The notes: generated by a model from the letters alone, not told the origin. A DNA stretch of 64,000 nucleotides from Pristiophorus japonicus (GCF_044704955.1 NC_091995.1:45818001-45882000); one strand, 5' to 3'. Shown: positions 23,201 to 35,075, numbered from the stretch's first letter. Numbers and translations: made by a program.

Positions 23201-25666
23201 TTGATCCCTTGCACCGTGTTTCTGGAGCTGCTCGATTTCTGAGCTTGAACATTTGCTCTGTGCTAAACTATTTCACTCTCAGCGTCAGTGTGTTTTTGAT
23301 TATGTTGTCTCTTTGCTCTGGTGGGGAATAAGGGGACGGGTCACCTTGAGGAGGAGTGTGGAAGCGTTGTGAGGAAAGGGTATTGAAATGTAGTGCACTG
23401 AGGAAGCGATGATAAGATTATGCGGCCGGACGGCAAGGGTGAGGCTGAATTGGCTCCTGAGGCGGGAATGGGTCTGATGTACACAGGGAGCTGCAGGCAA
23501 GGAAGTTGGCGGATGAGGGCTTTGCCCAGAGAGCAAAAATCTGCAACAAGAGTGAAGGTTGGGGCAACACAAAATACAGATGGGTGGAAACACCCATAAA
23601 ATAAGCCTAGAAATTGAAACAACAGCCGTGATGCTATCGATTTTTAAAACAAGGTCAGCATTTTACAATTTGAATTAAAAGTGAAACTTTCTGAAGCTAG
23701 TTTGGTTAATTACAATTATCATGAGCTGCAACTTTGAACCTTGAGCTCCCTCCCATCACACGGACCTGTGGGAACAGTAGGAAGCTCGATCCCCCAGCCC
23801 TGGGAGCTGGCATAGTGGGTATCATTGATGCAACTGCCATTATTTACCCCTCGACCAGCAGACACAGGCCTCTGCCACTTCTTTACCTGGCTCCCCTCAC
23901 CCAGTGATCCAGGGGCAGTTGTGTGGGATGGGACAGCTTGCTTTCCTCCTGCCTCGCTGGGCACAATGACCATAACCCCTTTCCATTGGTCTCCCAGCAG
24001 CACATTCATATCTCTGGCCCAGCCCCGATCAATCAGGAAATCGCGCTTCACTCTTCACAGCCTTTGATTCTCCACGCCTCCCCCCACCCCCGAGTCACAT
24101 TTACAGCATTCTCTCTTCGTGGACCAGAACCTGTGGTTACTAACAAAAAGTGAACTTTGTGGCTTTAAAGAAACCTGGCCCCACCTTCGTGAAATAATAC
24201 ATTGTGCACTGTGTGGTGTGGGAAATCGTACATATAAAGCAGCACATCATCGGTGCATGAGTAGGGCCACAGGTTCCCATTGACTATATGTAAAACTGTC
24301 AATCCACACATATATAATTATACAACCCTTGCTCATATATTTCAGAAGGCAAAGTAGAAAAAGACAAGGATGTGGTGCTGATTGTCTTGGGTGTACTGCT
24401 ATCGTTGGCTATCGTTTTAATTGTAATCTATATGTGGAGGAAAAAACGGAGAGGTAAGGTCAGGGAATAATGTTGCAGTCTTTTATGTAAATGTATTGCA
24501 CAGTGGCTTTGCAGAAAATCTTGTAGCCTGCCTCAGGATTATATTTCAATGTCAAATATCTGTTATAAAGTAAACAAGAATAAATCCATTTGTTTAACGC
24601 CTTTCCAAATCTCAGTACGTCCCAAAGCGAATTACACTCAATGAAGCACCAAGTGTATTCACTGTTGTAATGTAAGAAACGCGGCAGCCGACGTGCGCAC
24701 AGCAAGCTCCCACAAACAGCAACGTGGTAATGAGCAGAGAATCTGTTTTACTAATGTTGATTGAGGGGCATCGGGGAAAACTAACCTTGCACTTCTATGA
24801 AATAGTGCTATTGGATCATTTACATCCACCTGAGAGGACTGATGGTTTAACATCTTACCCGAAAGACCGCAACTCTGTCAAATTAACGTGCATGTTGAAT
24901 TCTGTAATACGGGCTTGTTCTATCCACCTTTTCCTCCTGACAACTATTGGTTCCCAGACATGGGCAGCCCTTGTGTACCTGTCTGAGGAGTCACACTTCA
25001 TGTGTTGCCCTAGACACAGAGGTCCTGTGTTCATAGAGCCGCCCTTTCCTGCTGGGGTCATTGGATTGCCATCAGGAGCAGGACGCCAGCCATTTTTCTC
25101 CTTCCAAGCCCAGGAATCCTGGAGCCAATGTGAACTCTGTGACAGCAGCGACCAGTGCACTGAGGGGGAGCCTGGCTGACAGGGCCTAGTACCAGTTAGG
25201 ACGGTGCATTTTCACGCCGAGATTTGGCATTGAGATCCATTTCTCTGTAATACTTCCAATAAACTGGATGTCCTTGTTGGACTGTGAGCATCTAGCCAGT
25301 AGAAGGAGACCAGTTGCAGTTAGGTATTTGTGAACTATGGGTCCTTCTAATGAATCAGTTTTAAACAGAGGCTGTGAGTTCCTGATTTCAGCCTCCCATC
25401 AGGAATGGCGACCAGCAGGTGTTTCCCACTGGAACTGAGGGGGAATGGGAACTGAAGCGTCCGACTTCTTGCAGTATAACTGACCACAGCGCAGCATTTA
25501 CAGAGGATTGGAGAACGGACACCTTAAGGGAGCTAGCGCTCTGTAAGGGGAAGAACCATGAAAAGAGTGTGAACAAGTCACTTCATTCTCTGTACTGTGC
25601 TTTGCTCCATCATCTCGGGATTGTGTAACATTTGTATTTCACTCCCTAGATTACAATGTTGTTTAA
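14200..25666 (+). CDS. Non-classical MHC class I heavy-chain gene, 6 coding exons (14200-14251, 16683-16943, 21732-22007, 22217 or 22234-22482, 24346-24453, 25650-25666)
   Basis: One domain per exon with GT-AG phase-1 introns, the canonical class I organisation; class I motifs in alpha1, alpha2 and alpha3; TM with basic stop-transfer residues; AATAAA at 25908 and 25933. Frame anomaly at the alpha3 acceptor leaves functional status uncertain. Confidence 0.88.
14329..15024. repeat. About 30-bp minisatellite (over 20 copies) in MHC intron 1
   Basis: Consensus GTGTTTAGTCCGGGTTACACTGACTGCCCC repeated head-to-tail with divergence and no unique spacers. Confidence 0.92.
16683..16943 (+). CDS. MHC class I exon 2 (alpha1 domain)
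   Basis: TTCCAG| ... |GTGAGT, 261 nt; (V)FHSLLYYYT...LPEYSFLGRLDG...YYD...PRQHWM...YWEE...NQT with the conserved N86 glycosylation site. Confidence 0.93.
17020..17540. mobile_element. Cluster of short degenerate palindromic (MITE-like) elements
   Basis: Imperfect inverted arms, e.g. CCCATTATACAC..GCCTGATTTTCC versus GGAACATCAAGCGAGGTGTGCAATGGG; related copies near 18070-18250, 22025-22140, 28030-28320 and 50130-50280. Confidence 0.55.
18571..19717. mobile_element. Non-autonomous DNA transposon (PIF/Harbinger-ISL2EU-type MITE)
   Basis: 16-bp TIRs GGGCCCAAGTTTCCAC / GTGGAAATTTGGGCCC (1 mismatch); AT-rich flanks; internal short tandem repeats at 18950-19230; no coding capacity. Confidence 0.8.
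19960..21570 (+). mobile_element. CR1 LINE fragments in MHC intron 2
   Basis: FSDDTNVG, RPQLEYCAQFW, RLRGDLIEVFKIM; 3' tail ATTCTATGATTC near 21320; older 3' fragment to 21570. Confidence 0.85.
21732..22007 (+). CDS. MHC class I exon 3 (alpha2 domain)
   Basis: TTCTAG| ... G|GTAAGT, 276 nt; (S)THYIQGLFGCELH...AYDG...FDKDTLVW...AQMSKAKWD...CVNLWRTYY...LTRK with the C101/C164-equivalent pair. Confidence 0.95.
22217..22482 (+). CDS. MHC class I exon 4 (alpha3 Ig C1 domain)
   Basis: PEVSV...LHCIVIGFYPQSINVTWLKNG...VLPNEDGTYQ...YFCHIEHSSL...W, donor G|GTAAGG. The acceptor at 22216 is 1 nt out of frame; an in-frame CAG lies at 22231-22233. Confidence 0.93.
24346..24453 (+). CDS. MHC class I exon 5 (transmembrane)
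   Basis: TTTCAG| (E)GKVEKDKDVVLIVLGVLLSLAIVLIVIYMWRKKRR G|GTAAGG, 108 nt, phase 1-1. Confidence 0.88.
24585..24875 (-). mobile_element. Deu-domain SINE fragment (SacSINE1/AmnSINE-like)
   Basis: CACTGTTGTAATGTAAGAAACGCGGCAGCC...ACATCCACCTGAGAGG...GGTTTAACATCTTACCCGAAAGAC resembles the antisense of this family; related fragment at 44102-44215. Confidence 0.7.
25650..25666 (+). CDS. MHC class I terminal coding exon (cytoplasmic tail DYNVV*)
   Basis: Pyrimidine-rich acceptor TTTGTATTTCACTCCCTAG|AT TAC AAT GTT GTT TAA in phase 1, followed by an AT-rich UTR and polyA signals. Confidence 0.65.
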
Positions 25667-25907
25667 CCAGAACAGAGAGGGTCAAACGCCAGACTTGTCT
25701 TGGATCCAGGAACAAGCTGAAAGAGTAATCGTGAATCAATTGATTTATTATTGAAACAACACGATTTGTATAAACATTTCACCCATGCTTTATGCTTCAG
25801 TCACTGTATTAAAATATTTTAACTTGCTTAACATTGAAGCAACATTGTCAAATCTCATCTACAATTGCACAAATTGGCGCTTTAGGTATTATAGAACCGC
25901 CCCGCAG

Positions 25908-25938
25908 AATAAAGGCACACCGGGGATTTTAAAATAAA
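25908..25938 (+). terminator. Candidate polyadenylation signals of the MHC class I gene
   Basis: AATAAA at 25908-25913 and 25933-25938, about 250 nt after the stop codon. Confidence 0.5.
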
Positions 25939-26344
25939 TCTTGTTAATATTGATACATTATTATTACAAACGTCATTTCATTTTCCTTCTACTCTTATCT
26001 CCCGAAGGCTTGACTCTGATATTGGCCTCAGGGAAACAGTCTCCTCTTGTGAACAGAAACAGTGACTATGGGAACACGATTCATTATCTGGAAACACAGC
26101 CGAGCCCGCTCCTGATCACACACTCACAATTAACCTGCAGTATCGCCAATACAGCGGTCCGGAGCAAATCCAGTGTAACTGAAGGGAGCGAGGCCAGTGT
26201 AATCCATCTGTTGCTAACCCGGGATTAAAATGCGAATGAGAATAAGATGGATTTATCACCGCTGGCCAATCTGCAAAGAGCCTTCCAGACTCCAGCAGCA
26301 AGATGAAAATCTTCTGCAGAGAGTCAAGTTGAAATAGTCCGACA

Positions 26345-27980
26345 GGGGCTATGTGGGGGGTCAGGGGAGGAACTTGACACAATCATAATCACTAAAGAGG
26401 TTGTGCTCAGTAAAATGATGGGACTAAAGGCAGATAAATCCCCTGGAAATGATGGCTTGCATCCTAGGGTCTTCAGAGAAGTAGCGGCAGTCGTGGATGT
26501 ATTGGTTATAATTTACCAAAATTGCCTGGATTCTGGGGAGGTCCTGGAAGATTGGAAATCTGGAAAAAAGGAGGTAGACAAAAAGCAGGAAACTATAGAC
26601 CAGTTAGCCTAACATCTGTAGTTGGGAAAATGTTGGAGTCCATTATTAAAGAAGCAGTAGCAAGACGTTTGGATAAGCAAAATTCGGTCAGGCGGAGTCA
26701 GCATGGATTTATGAAGGGGAAGTCATGTTTGACAAATTTGCTGGAGTTCTTTGAGGATGTAACGGACAGGATGGATAAGGGGGAACCAGTGAAAGTGGTG
26801 TATTTCGACTTCCAGAAGGCAGTTGACAAGGTGCCACATAAAAGGTTACTGTACAAGATAAAAGTTCACGGGGTTTGGGGTAATATTTTAGCATGGATAG
26901 AGGATTGGCTAACTAACAGAGAACAAAGAGCAGGATAAATGATTCATTCTCTGGTTGGCAACCAGTAACTAGTGGGGTGCCACAGGGATCAATGCTGGGA
27001 TCCCAATATTTACAATCTATATTAATGTCTTGGAAGAAGGGACCGAGTGTAATGTAGCCAAGTTTGCTGATGATACAAAGATGGGAGGACACAAGGGGAA
27101 ATCTGCAAAAGGACCGAGACAGGCTAAGTGAGTGGGCAAAAATTTGGCAGATGGAATATAATGTTGGAAAGTGTGAGGTCATGCACTTTGGCAGAAAAAA
27201 AAAATCGAAGAGCATGTTATTGTTTAAATGGAGAAGGATTGCATAGTGCCGCAGTATAGCAGGACCTGGGGGTACTTGTGCATGAAACATAAAAGAATAG
27301 TATGCAGGTACAGCAAGTGATCAGGAAGCCAAATGGTATCTTGGCCTTTATTGCAAAGTGGACGAAGTATAAAAGCAGGGAAGTCTTGCTGCAGCTATAT
27401 AAGATATTGGTGAGGCCACACCTGGAATACTGCGTGCAGTTTTGGTTTCCAAATTTACAGAAGGATATACTTGCTTTTGAGGCCGTTCAGAGAAGGTTCA
27501 ATAGGTTAATTTCGGGGATGAGGGCGTTGACTTATGAGGACAGTTGAATAGGTTGGGCCTTTACTCATTGGAATTTAGAAGAATGAGAGGTGATCTTATC
27601 GAAACATATACAATTATGAGGGGGCTTGAGAAGATGGATGCAGAGAGGAGGTTTCCACTGATGGGACAGACTAGAACTCGAGGGCATCATCTTAGAATAA
27701 GGGGCTGCCCATTTAAAACAGAGATGAGGAGAAATTTCTTTCAGAGAATTGTAAATCTGTGGAATTCGCTGCCTCAGAGAGATGTGGAAGCTGGGACATT
27801 GAATAAATTTAAGTCAGAAATAGACAGTTTTTTAAACGATAAGAGGATAAGGGGTTATGGGGAGTAGGTAGGTAAATGGAGATGAGTCCATGATCAGATC
27901 AGCCACGATCTTATTGAATGGTGGAGCAGGCTCGAGGAGCCGTATGGCATACTCCTGTTCCTATTTCTTCTGTTCTTCTG
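26345..27980 (+). mobile_element. CR1 LINE, 5'-truncated
   Basis: KSPGNDGLHPRV, GNYRPVSLTS, DFQKA, FADDTK, LEFRRMRGDL and a CR1 3' UTR. Confidence 0.93.
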
Positions 27981-28339
27981 AAATTTGAAATGTCACACAA
28001 CTACGAATAGATTCAGGGAATATTTGAGAGAGAGCGGCGTGGGCATAAAACTGGCTTCATTGTTTCGGCTGGCGTTTATAACCATCACCCGATTGTCCTT
28101 TCATTGAACTAGATCCTGTCAGAGGTGAAAGTTCCACCAGCCCAGGGGGAAATTCACCTTCAGGTGCGGCACAACACAGGCGGTGGCAGGTCGGCCGCTC
28201 ATTATACACCCGCCCGACTTTCCTCTCCATAAAACTCTACCGAAAATAGCATCCAGCTTATTGAGCGAACAACAGGCGGTGCATCAACTGCTGCCCGTGT
28301 TGCATAATTAAGATGGAAGCGAGTCTCAATACTTTTAAT

Positions 28340-28520
28340 AAAAACAGAAAATGCTGGAAATGATCAGCGGGTTAGGCAGCTAATATGGAGAGAGAAACAA
28401 TATTTACATTTCAGGTCGATGACGAAAGGGTTCTCTCTCCAAAGATGCCGTCTGACCCGCTGCATATTTTCAGTATTTTCTGGGGTTTTTTCAGACTTCC
28501 TGCATCCGCAGTGTTTTACT
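28340..28520. mobile_element. Hairpin relic formed by two inverted Penelope terminal-repeat segments
   Basis: AAAACAGAAAATGCTGGAAAT..CAGCGGGTTAGGCAGC..GGAGAGAGAA followed by its reverse complement; homologous to 37130-37200 and 39460-39540. Confidence 0.7.
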
Positions 28521-28569
28521 ATTTTGTTAATTATCTGTAGTCAGTTCTGGTTAGACTCAGACCCTTCAA

Positions 28570-29450
28570 TTATTTCCCATCATTAATAATAAGAGCCAAG
28601 GGATATTTCATCAAATTCTTCAACTCCTCTCTGAATTTAGTCTTGGACACTGCATAAATAATGGTATTTGCGCAAGAACTCAAATCATGCAACATATATC
28701 CAGTTCGTTCCATGATGGTGGAAGGATTACTGTAGTCTGTGCACAAATATTGAACATCCATAATTTGCACACATACATAATGAATAAAAGTTACCATACA
28801 TAACAATGTAAAACTACCAGATATGACCAGCAGTAAAACGATGGATTTTCAGCGGTTTTTCATTTCTGGGTCACTGTCGCTGCTCTGGAGATCCTCCTCA
28901 GTCTACTTGTCAGCAGAATATGCTTGATGATCACACCATTGAATATTGGAATCAAAAGAAACGGAATCAAAGGCATTAAAGCTGCATCAAGCCATAAGGA
29001 TGTGACCCATATAGTTACAGTGTAGGGGCTGGATTTCACATCGCAGAACCATGGTATATTGTTATTGATTACTTGAGGTTCTATAGTAAAATAAATGGGA
29101 TTCTAAAGTAAATTAGATGCTCAGCCCCATATCATTGCTACAACCACCACCGCATTTTTTTGTGCAATGTTGGATCTTATTGTGTGGCGATAAATGGTGA
29201 CAAATCGACCAAAGGTGAAATCGAAAGTGAACCAAACAGAACATTCATCAGAAGCCAAAATCAGGATCACATTCAGACTGCAATCCGGAGGGTAGTCCAG
29301 GAATGAATCCAGGAAATAAATTTAATTCATCTGATACAACATCACGTCAAAGATCAGGACCAGTAGATCAACCACCAGGTAAATAGTGATGCATTTGGAG
29401 AGACCGTATGCACTTCCCACAGGAGATAATCATAATTGTCACGAAGTTGG
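28570..29450 (-). pseudogene. GPR139-like class A GPCR pseudogene (main exon)
   Basis: Minus strand reads GLSKCITIYL, DLLVLIF, CSVWFTFDFTFGRFV, PWFC, DPEMQNR*KSI, LSSCANTIIYAVSKTKFREEL; several stops and frameshifts; paralogous to 49178-50071. No exon 1 found. Confidence 0.88.
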
Positions 29451-29681
29451 TTTCAAGTGCGAGAATGAAGAAATAATGATTATGGTCATCAAAAGTAATT
29501 CGAACAAAAAAACGGGCAATAATTTATGCTAATTTTTCCATCATTTAAATTATTCACTGAATGTGCCACGCAAAAGTGGAAATCCTGAGGACACATTACG
29601 ATTTATCGATTCGCGTCACATCATTTATTGTTTGAATTACATCAAATGAAAGTAATAACTTGTGAAATTGGGTAACTTCTA

Positions 29682-32600
29682 AGGGGAAAATCCGTCCCAT
29701 TATTGCCTCCCGTTAGCGACAGCAGGTGGCGCTAACGGGGCACTAAGGCAGTATCGCCGGGGTGAGGTGAATCCAATGACACATGCCAAATCCCCACCAC
29801 CCATCCACGATGGCAGCAGTCAGAGCTCACGTGGCATCAAGCTGAGATTGAATGAGAGCAGCCTGAAATCTGATGTTACCAAGCACAGACTGCACTACAG
29901 CATTCGGAGATTGTGTCGCTTCCGTCTGTGCTGCATTGGAAACATAAAAACACAGAAAACAGGTGTAGGAGTAGCCCATTCGGCCCTTCGAGCCTGCACC
30001 AACAATCAATATGATCACGACTGGCCATGCAACTTCAGTACCCCATTCGTGATTTCTCTCCATACCCCTTGATCCCTTTAGCCGTATGGGCCATATCTAA
30101 CTCCCTTTTGAATATATCTAACGAACTGGCCTCAACAACTTTCTGTGGTAGAGAATTCCACAGGCTCAAAATTCTCTGAGAAAAGAAGTTTCTCCTCATC
30201 TCGGTCCTAAATGGCTTACCCCTTATCCTTAGACTGTGACTCTTGGTTCTGGATTTCCCCAACATCGGGAACATTCTTCCTGCATCTAACCTGCCCAATT
30301 CCGTCAGAGTTTTAAATGTTTCCATAAGATTCCCTCTCATTCTTCTAAATTCCAGTGAATATAAGCCCAGTCGATCCAGTCTTTCTTCATATGTCAATCC
30401 TGCCATCCTGGTAATCAGTCTGGTGAAACTTCGCTGCACTCCCTCAATAGCAAGAATGTCCTTCCTCAGATTAGGAGACCAAAGTGTACACAATATTCAA
30501 GGTGTGGCCCCACCAAGGCCCTGTACAACTGCAGTAAGACCTCCCTGCTCTCATACGCAAATCTCTCGCTATGAAGGCCAACATGCCATTTGCCTTCTTC
30601 ACCGCCTCCTGTACCTGCATGCCAACTTTCAATGACTGATGTACCATGACACCCAGGTCTTGTTGCACCTCCGCTTTTCCTAATCTGTCACCATTCAGAT
30701 AATATTCCGCCTTCCTGTTTTTGCCACCAAAGAGGATAACCTCACATTTATCTGCAGTATACTGCATCTGCCATGCATTTGCCCACTCACCTAACCTGTC
30801 CAAGTCACCCTGCATCCTCTTAACATCCTCCTCACAGCTCACATTGCCATCCAGCTTAGTGTCATCTGCAAACTTGGAGATATTACATTCAATTCCTTCA
30901 TTTAAATCATTAATATATACTGTAAATAGCTGGGTTCCCAGCACTGAACCTTGCGGCACCCCACTAGTCACTGCCTGACAATCTGAAAATGACCCGTTTA
31001 TTCCTACCTTTTGCTTCCTGTCTGCCAACCAGTTCTCTATCCACGTCAATTACATATGCTTTAATCTTGCACTCTAATCTGTTGTGTGGGACCTTGTCAA
31101 AAGCCTTTTGAAAGTCCAGGATCACCACATCCACTGGTTCTCCCTTGTCCACTCTACGAGTTACATCCTCCCACATCAGCTGCCACATCACCCATCCCAT
31201 GGAGCATCAGGTCTTGGTTGCCATTGTCCCTTTGGCAGTCTACAATTCTTTTCAGACTTTACATGATCGGCTCCATGGTATGCACAGAGCCTTGTGCAAG
31301 TTGGAGGTGGACCCCTCCATGCTCATTATCAATGACGAGAAGCTGTCGTGCACCCTTGCCATTGCACCTATTATCTCCGTGTGCATGCCCATCAACCATC
31401 TTCTAAAAGCCTCCCCATCGAGGTCCTCATCTGACTCCTGTGCAGCAGAGTTCATGCGTGAACTCACCTTCCAGAATGCTGGCCCCTGAGCTACCCATCC
31501 TTCCTGCCCTTGTTGCAGCCCATTCTACCTCGGTGCCTCACCCTGTGCGGGTGCCGCTACTGTACTATCATCTAAAGAATGCGAAGTGACAATGTCTGAG
31601 CTCGTGCCTGCGGGTGACTCATGCAGTGACTTGGTGTGTTCTTCCTCCTCCTCCTCTTCTCCTGCCTCACTCTCCACAGTCCCCTCAGCAACAGGCTGCT
31701 CAGTGTTTGTACTGTAGCTGAAAAGGCACCAATAATGGTTCAAGGTGAAGGGATGGGGCCATGAAGGGAGAAGAGCTTACACAATTAGCTGTAAGTTGTG
31801 AACCGTCTGTGGGAACTGCGATGTGAGAAGGAGAAGGGACGAACACACCGTTGTTAACCCCAGATGGGTCAAATTTACCGGTGGCTTGGCGTCCACCATC
31901 TATAATTTGTGGCACTCCATTTTACAGTGCAGACAGTGGTTGGCTGTCGGCTTGTCCTCCGCCTGTGCACTCCTGCTCTCTCCTGTTGTGGGGAAAATGA
32001 TCCTGCAAAAGAAAGGAAGGTTTGTAAGTCAGTGTGGAGCAATGCATTTGGGTGATATGCCTCCCATTGTTTAATAGCTGTCATTGTGTGCAAGGTGTGA
32101 GCTGTGGGTGTGAGTATTGGTAGTCAGTGATTGTTGGTGGGTGAGTGTTGGGGATGTGGTGTTTTGGAGACTGTGTCAAGATTGTAGTTCAGATGGTGGT
32201 GTACAGCAATTGTTGAAGCATTCACTCACCCTGACCACCTGAACGAGGTCCTTAAATGTCTTCGTGTGTGAGTCCTGGGGACCAGAGTGCTGCCTGAGAC
32301 GTGCTGCACCTCTGCCGTTCACATGATACGGAAGACTTGTGGTGAGGGCCTCCTGCCACTTGCTGGAGAGAGCACCTCCCTCCGTCTCTCCACACCAAAC
32401 ACCAACGCTTGATCGCAGAATCTTCAGGCTCGCTCCCTGGGGCGTGGATCTGCCATGAGTACAGTTACTTCCATTCTCCGGCTCGTTCTCCTTATCCTGC
32501 TGCTGCTGGCTAACGGAGCTGCTGCAGCCAGCAAAGCTGAGAATGAGTTCATGCAGCATCAATGAACCTCCCCTTTAAGTACTGAAAAAAGTCGGCAGCA

Positions 32601-32813
32601 AGCATTGCTTGCGATTAGAGAGCACCTGATATTGGTCCATCCTTCGAGTCTAACTGCAATTAGCTTGGGCTTAAAGACTTTAATTAGGACCCCAATCATG
32701 ACTTTGTGCAGTGAGCAAGAATTCTGCGTGCAATCTGAAGCATTAGCTCCTGGTGCTAAATCGCCAAATCGTTTCATGATACTGGCAATTCCTGGGATAT
32801 AATGAATTTCTAG
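29682..32813 (-). mobile_element. Harbinger relic carrying a decayed, intron-containing Myb/SANT-like gene; interrupted by a CR1
   Basis: Minus strand from about 32457: MADPRPRERA*RFCDQAL..VERRREVL..GRRPS; next exon HNRREQECTGGG; acidic third exon that continues across the CR1 into 29825-29940 (SNAAQTEATQ). Ends approximate. Confidence 0.7.
29941..31175 (-). mobile_element. CR1 LINE, 5'-truncated
   Basis: Minus-strand ORFs with LDFQKAFDKVPH, VPQGSVLG, FADDTKL, LEFRRMRG; 3' tail at 29941. Confidence 0.95.
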
Positions 32814-32814
32814 C

Positions 32815-33160
32815 TGAAAAAATTGTTAAGGGGTGTGACACGTTTAATGCTGAGAAAATGACTTCGCCAGAGTACGGGGTCATAGTCTCAGAATAAGGGG
32901 TCGGCCAGTTAATACTGAGATGAGGATACATTTCTTCACTCAAAGGGTTGTGAATCTTTGGATTGCTCTACCTTACAGAACTCCTGATACCCAGTTGTTG
33001 AGTATATTAAAGATAGAGGTCGATAAAGTTTTGGGAACAAAGCGAATTAAGGGATTTGGGGATAGGGCCTGGATGGGGAGTTGAGGTAGATCAGCCATGA
33101 TTTATTGAATGGCGGAGCATGTTCTCAGGGCCAAATTAACTACTCTAGCTGCTATTTCTT
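32815..33160 (+). mobile_element. CR1 3' fragment
   Basis: GGTCATAGTCTCAGAATAAGGGG...GATCAGCCATGATTTATTGAATGGCGGAGCA 3' end. Confidence 0.8.
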
Positions 33161-34002
33161 ACAATCACATGTCCTTCTTTAATCACGCTTCTCCCCCATC
33201 CATCAATCTTTTCTCGCTGAGAAGATACAGATTGGTTAGGAATGCACTTGACAGTATCTCCTCGCTTATCACCACAGCCAGACCCTTGTCCATTTTTCAC
33301 TTTATATACCCAAGAACTGGATCCTGACAGTCAGTGGAGAAAGAGGAAGAAGAAAGTTAAGATGAACAGACACAGTCACAGTCAGCAATTCAGATACTGG
33401 CTCTGCACAAATCGTAGAGGCTGATGTAGAGGAGGGGTCTGCACAAGGTGAGACATCAGAACCGAGTGCGCAGACCTAAGGACAGGTGGGAGGGGTGGGA
33501 ATATTAGAGCAGGTGCCAATTCACTGGAGGAGAAGCTCACACACTATTTCTGTTGCAGGGGACTGAGCTGAGGACTTCAATGCGACAGGGTGCAGAAAAG
33601 GCCTGATGGGTGTATACACCCAAAGGCTTGGTGTACAGGAAAGCTTGTCAGGAAGCCTGCGCTCAATGTCAAGGAGCATGAAGGAGTCCAAAACCAACTT
33701 GGCACGGGGCTTTGCACAGAGTTCAGTCCCATGCTTTCAAACATAGCAGCAGGCAGAAGAACGGGTTGTCACCTCCATGAGCACACCTGTGGAACCCACC
33801 ATGAAATGTGCATTGTCTGCTTTTTTTTATTTTTGTGTTGTTGGAAAGAGAACGATGTGATGGTCAGTGATAGAGGAAAGGTAAGGAACGTGGGACTAAT
33901 GGTGAATGGGGGGTGTGGTTGAGGTTACTAGTATCGCTCATTAATTATTTCTTCACATAGATGCTGAGCAGAGAAGGGCTGCCTATGTTGTAGCCTCCTT
34001 TC

Positions 34003-34214
34003 TGTTATATATATATACTTGCATTTACTCTGTATAGCCACCAGAGGGCTCATCCCTTGGAGTCCCAAGCGATCCCATAATCCCTTGAGAGCACAGGTAT
34101 TTAAGAAGGCTTCACAGGTTGGAGAGGCAGTCTGGAGACCTGCAATAAAAGACTACGGTCACACTTTACTTTGAGCTCACAGTGTTCAGTCTGACTATTT
34201 CTCCATACACAACA
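34003..34214 (+). mobile_element. Solo LTR (212 bp)
   Basis: TGTT...AACA termini, TATTTAA box, AATAAA, near-TSD CTTTC / CTTGC. Confidence 0.82.
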
Positions 34215-34219
34215 CTTGC

Positions 34220-35075
34220 CTCTGCCTCTTCTTCCAGTTCCTGTTGCACTTTGTTCTCCTCCATTTCCCCCTCCTCCACTTTCTCCGACTGCTCCCCAAT
34301 TACCCCTCCTCCACTTTCTCCTCCTCCTCCCCCAATTCCTCCTCCTCCACTTCCTCCTCCACTTTCTCCTCTTCCCCAATTCCTCCTCCTCCACATTCTC
34401 CAACTCCTCCCCCAATTACCCCATCTCCACTTTCTCCAACTCCTCCCCTAATTCCTCCTCCTCCACTCTCTCCAACTCCTCCCCCAATTCCTCCTCCTCC
34501 ACTTTCTCCCACATCTCCCCCAATTACCCCTGCTCCACTTTCTCCTCCTTCTCCCCAATTCCTCCTCCTCCACTTTCTCCTCCTCTTCCCCCAATTCCTC
34601 ATCCTCCACTTTCTCCCCCAATTCCTCCCCCAATTCTCCCTCCTCCACTTCTCCTCCTCTTCCTCCAATTCCTCCTCCTCCACTTCTCACCCAATTCCTC
34701 CCCCAATTCCCCCTCCTCCACTTCTCCTCCTCTTCCTCCAATTCCTCCTCCTCCACTTTCTCCTACATCTCCCCCAATTACCCCTCCTCCACATTCATTT
34801 CCTCCTCCTCATTTCCTCCTGCTCCACTTTCTCCTCCTCTTCTCCTAATTACCCCTCCTCCACTTTCTACTCCTCCTCCTCCACCAATTACCCATCCTCC
34901 ACTTTCTACTCCTCGCTCAATTCCTCCTCCTCCACTTCCTCCTCCTCCACTTCCTCCTTCTCCTTCCCCATTTCCTCCTCGTCCACTTTCTCCTCCTCCT
35001 TCCCAATTCCTCCTCCTCCACTTTCTCCTCCTCCTCCTGTCCAATTCTTCACTCACTTCATTCTCCTCCTCATGC
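34220..35075. repeat. CCT-rich degenerate tandem repeat
   Basis: Repeated CCCCAATTCCTCCTCCTCCACTTTCTCC-like units; the proline/serine-rich ORFs are artefacts. Confidence 0.9.

Noticed and set aside
14200-25666. Classical MHC class Ia, or a named CD1/MR1 orthologue
   Set aside because: Several peptide-anchor residues are lost, and orthology cannot be set without a phylogeny, so no symbol is given.
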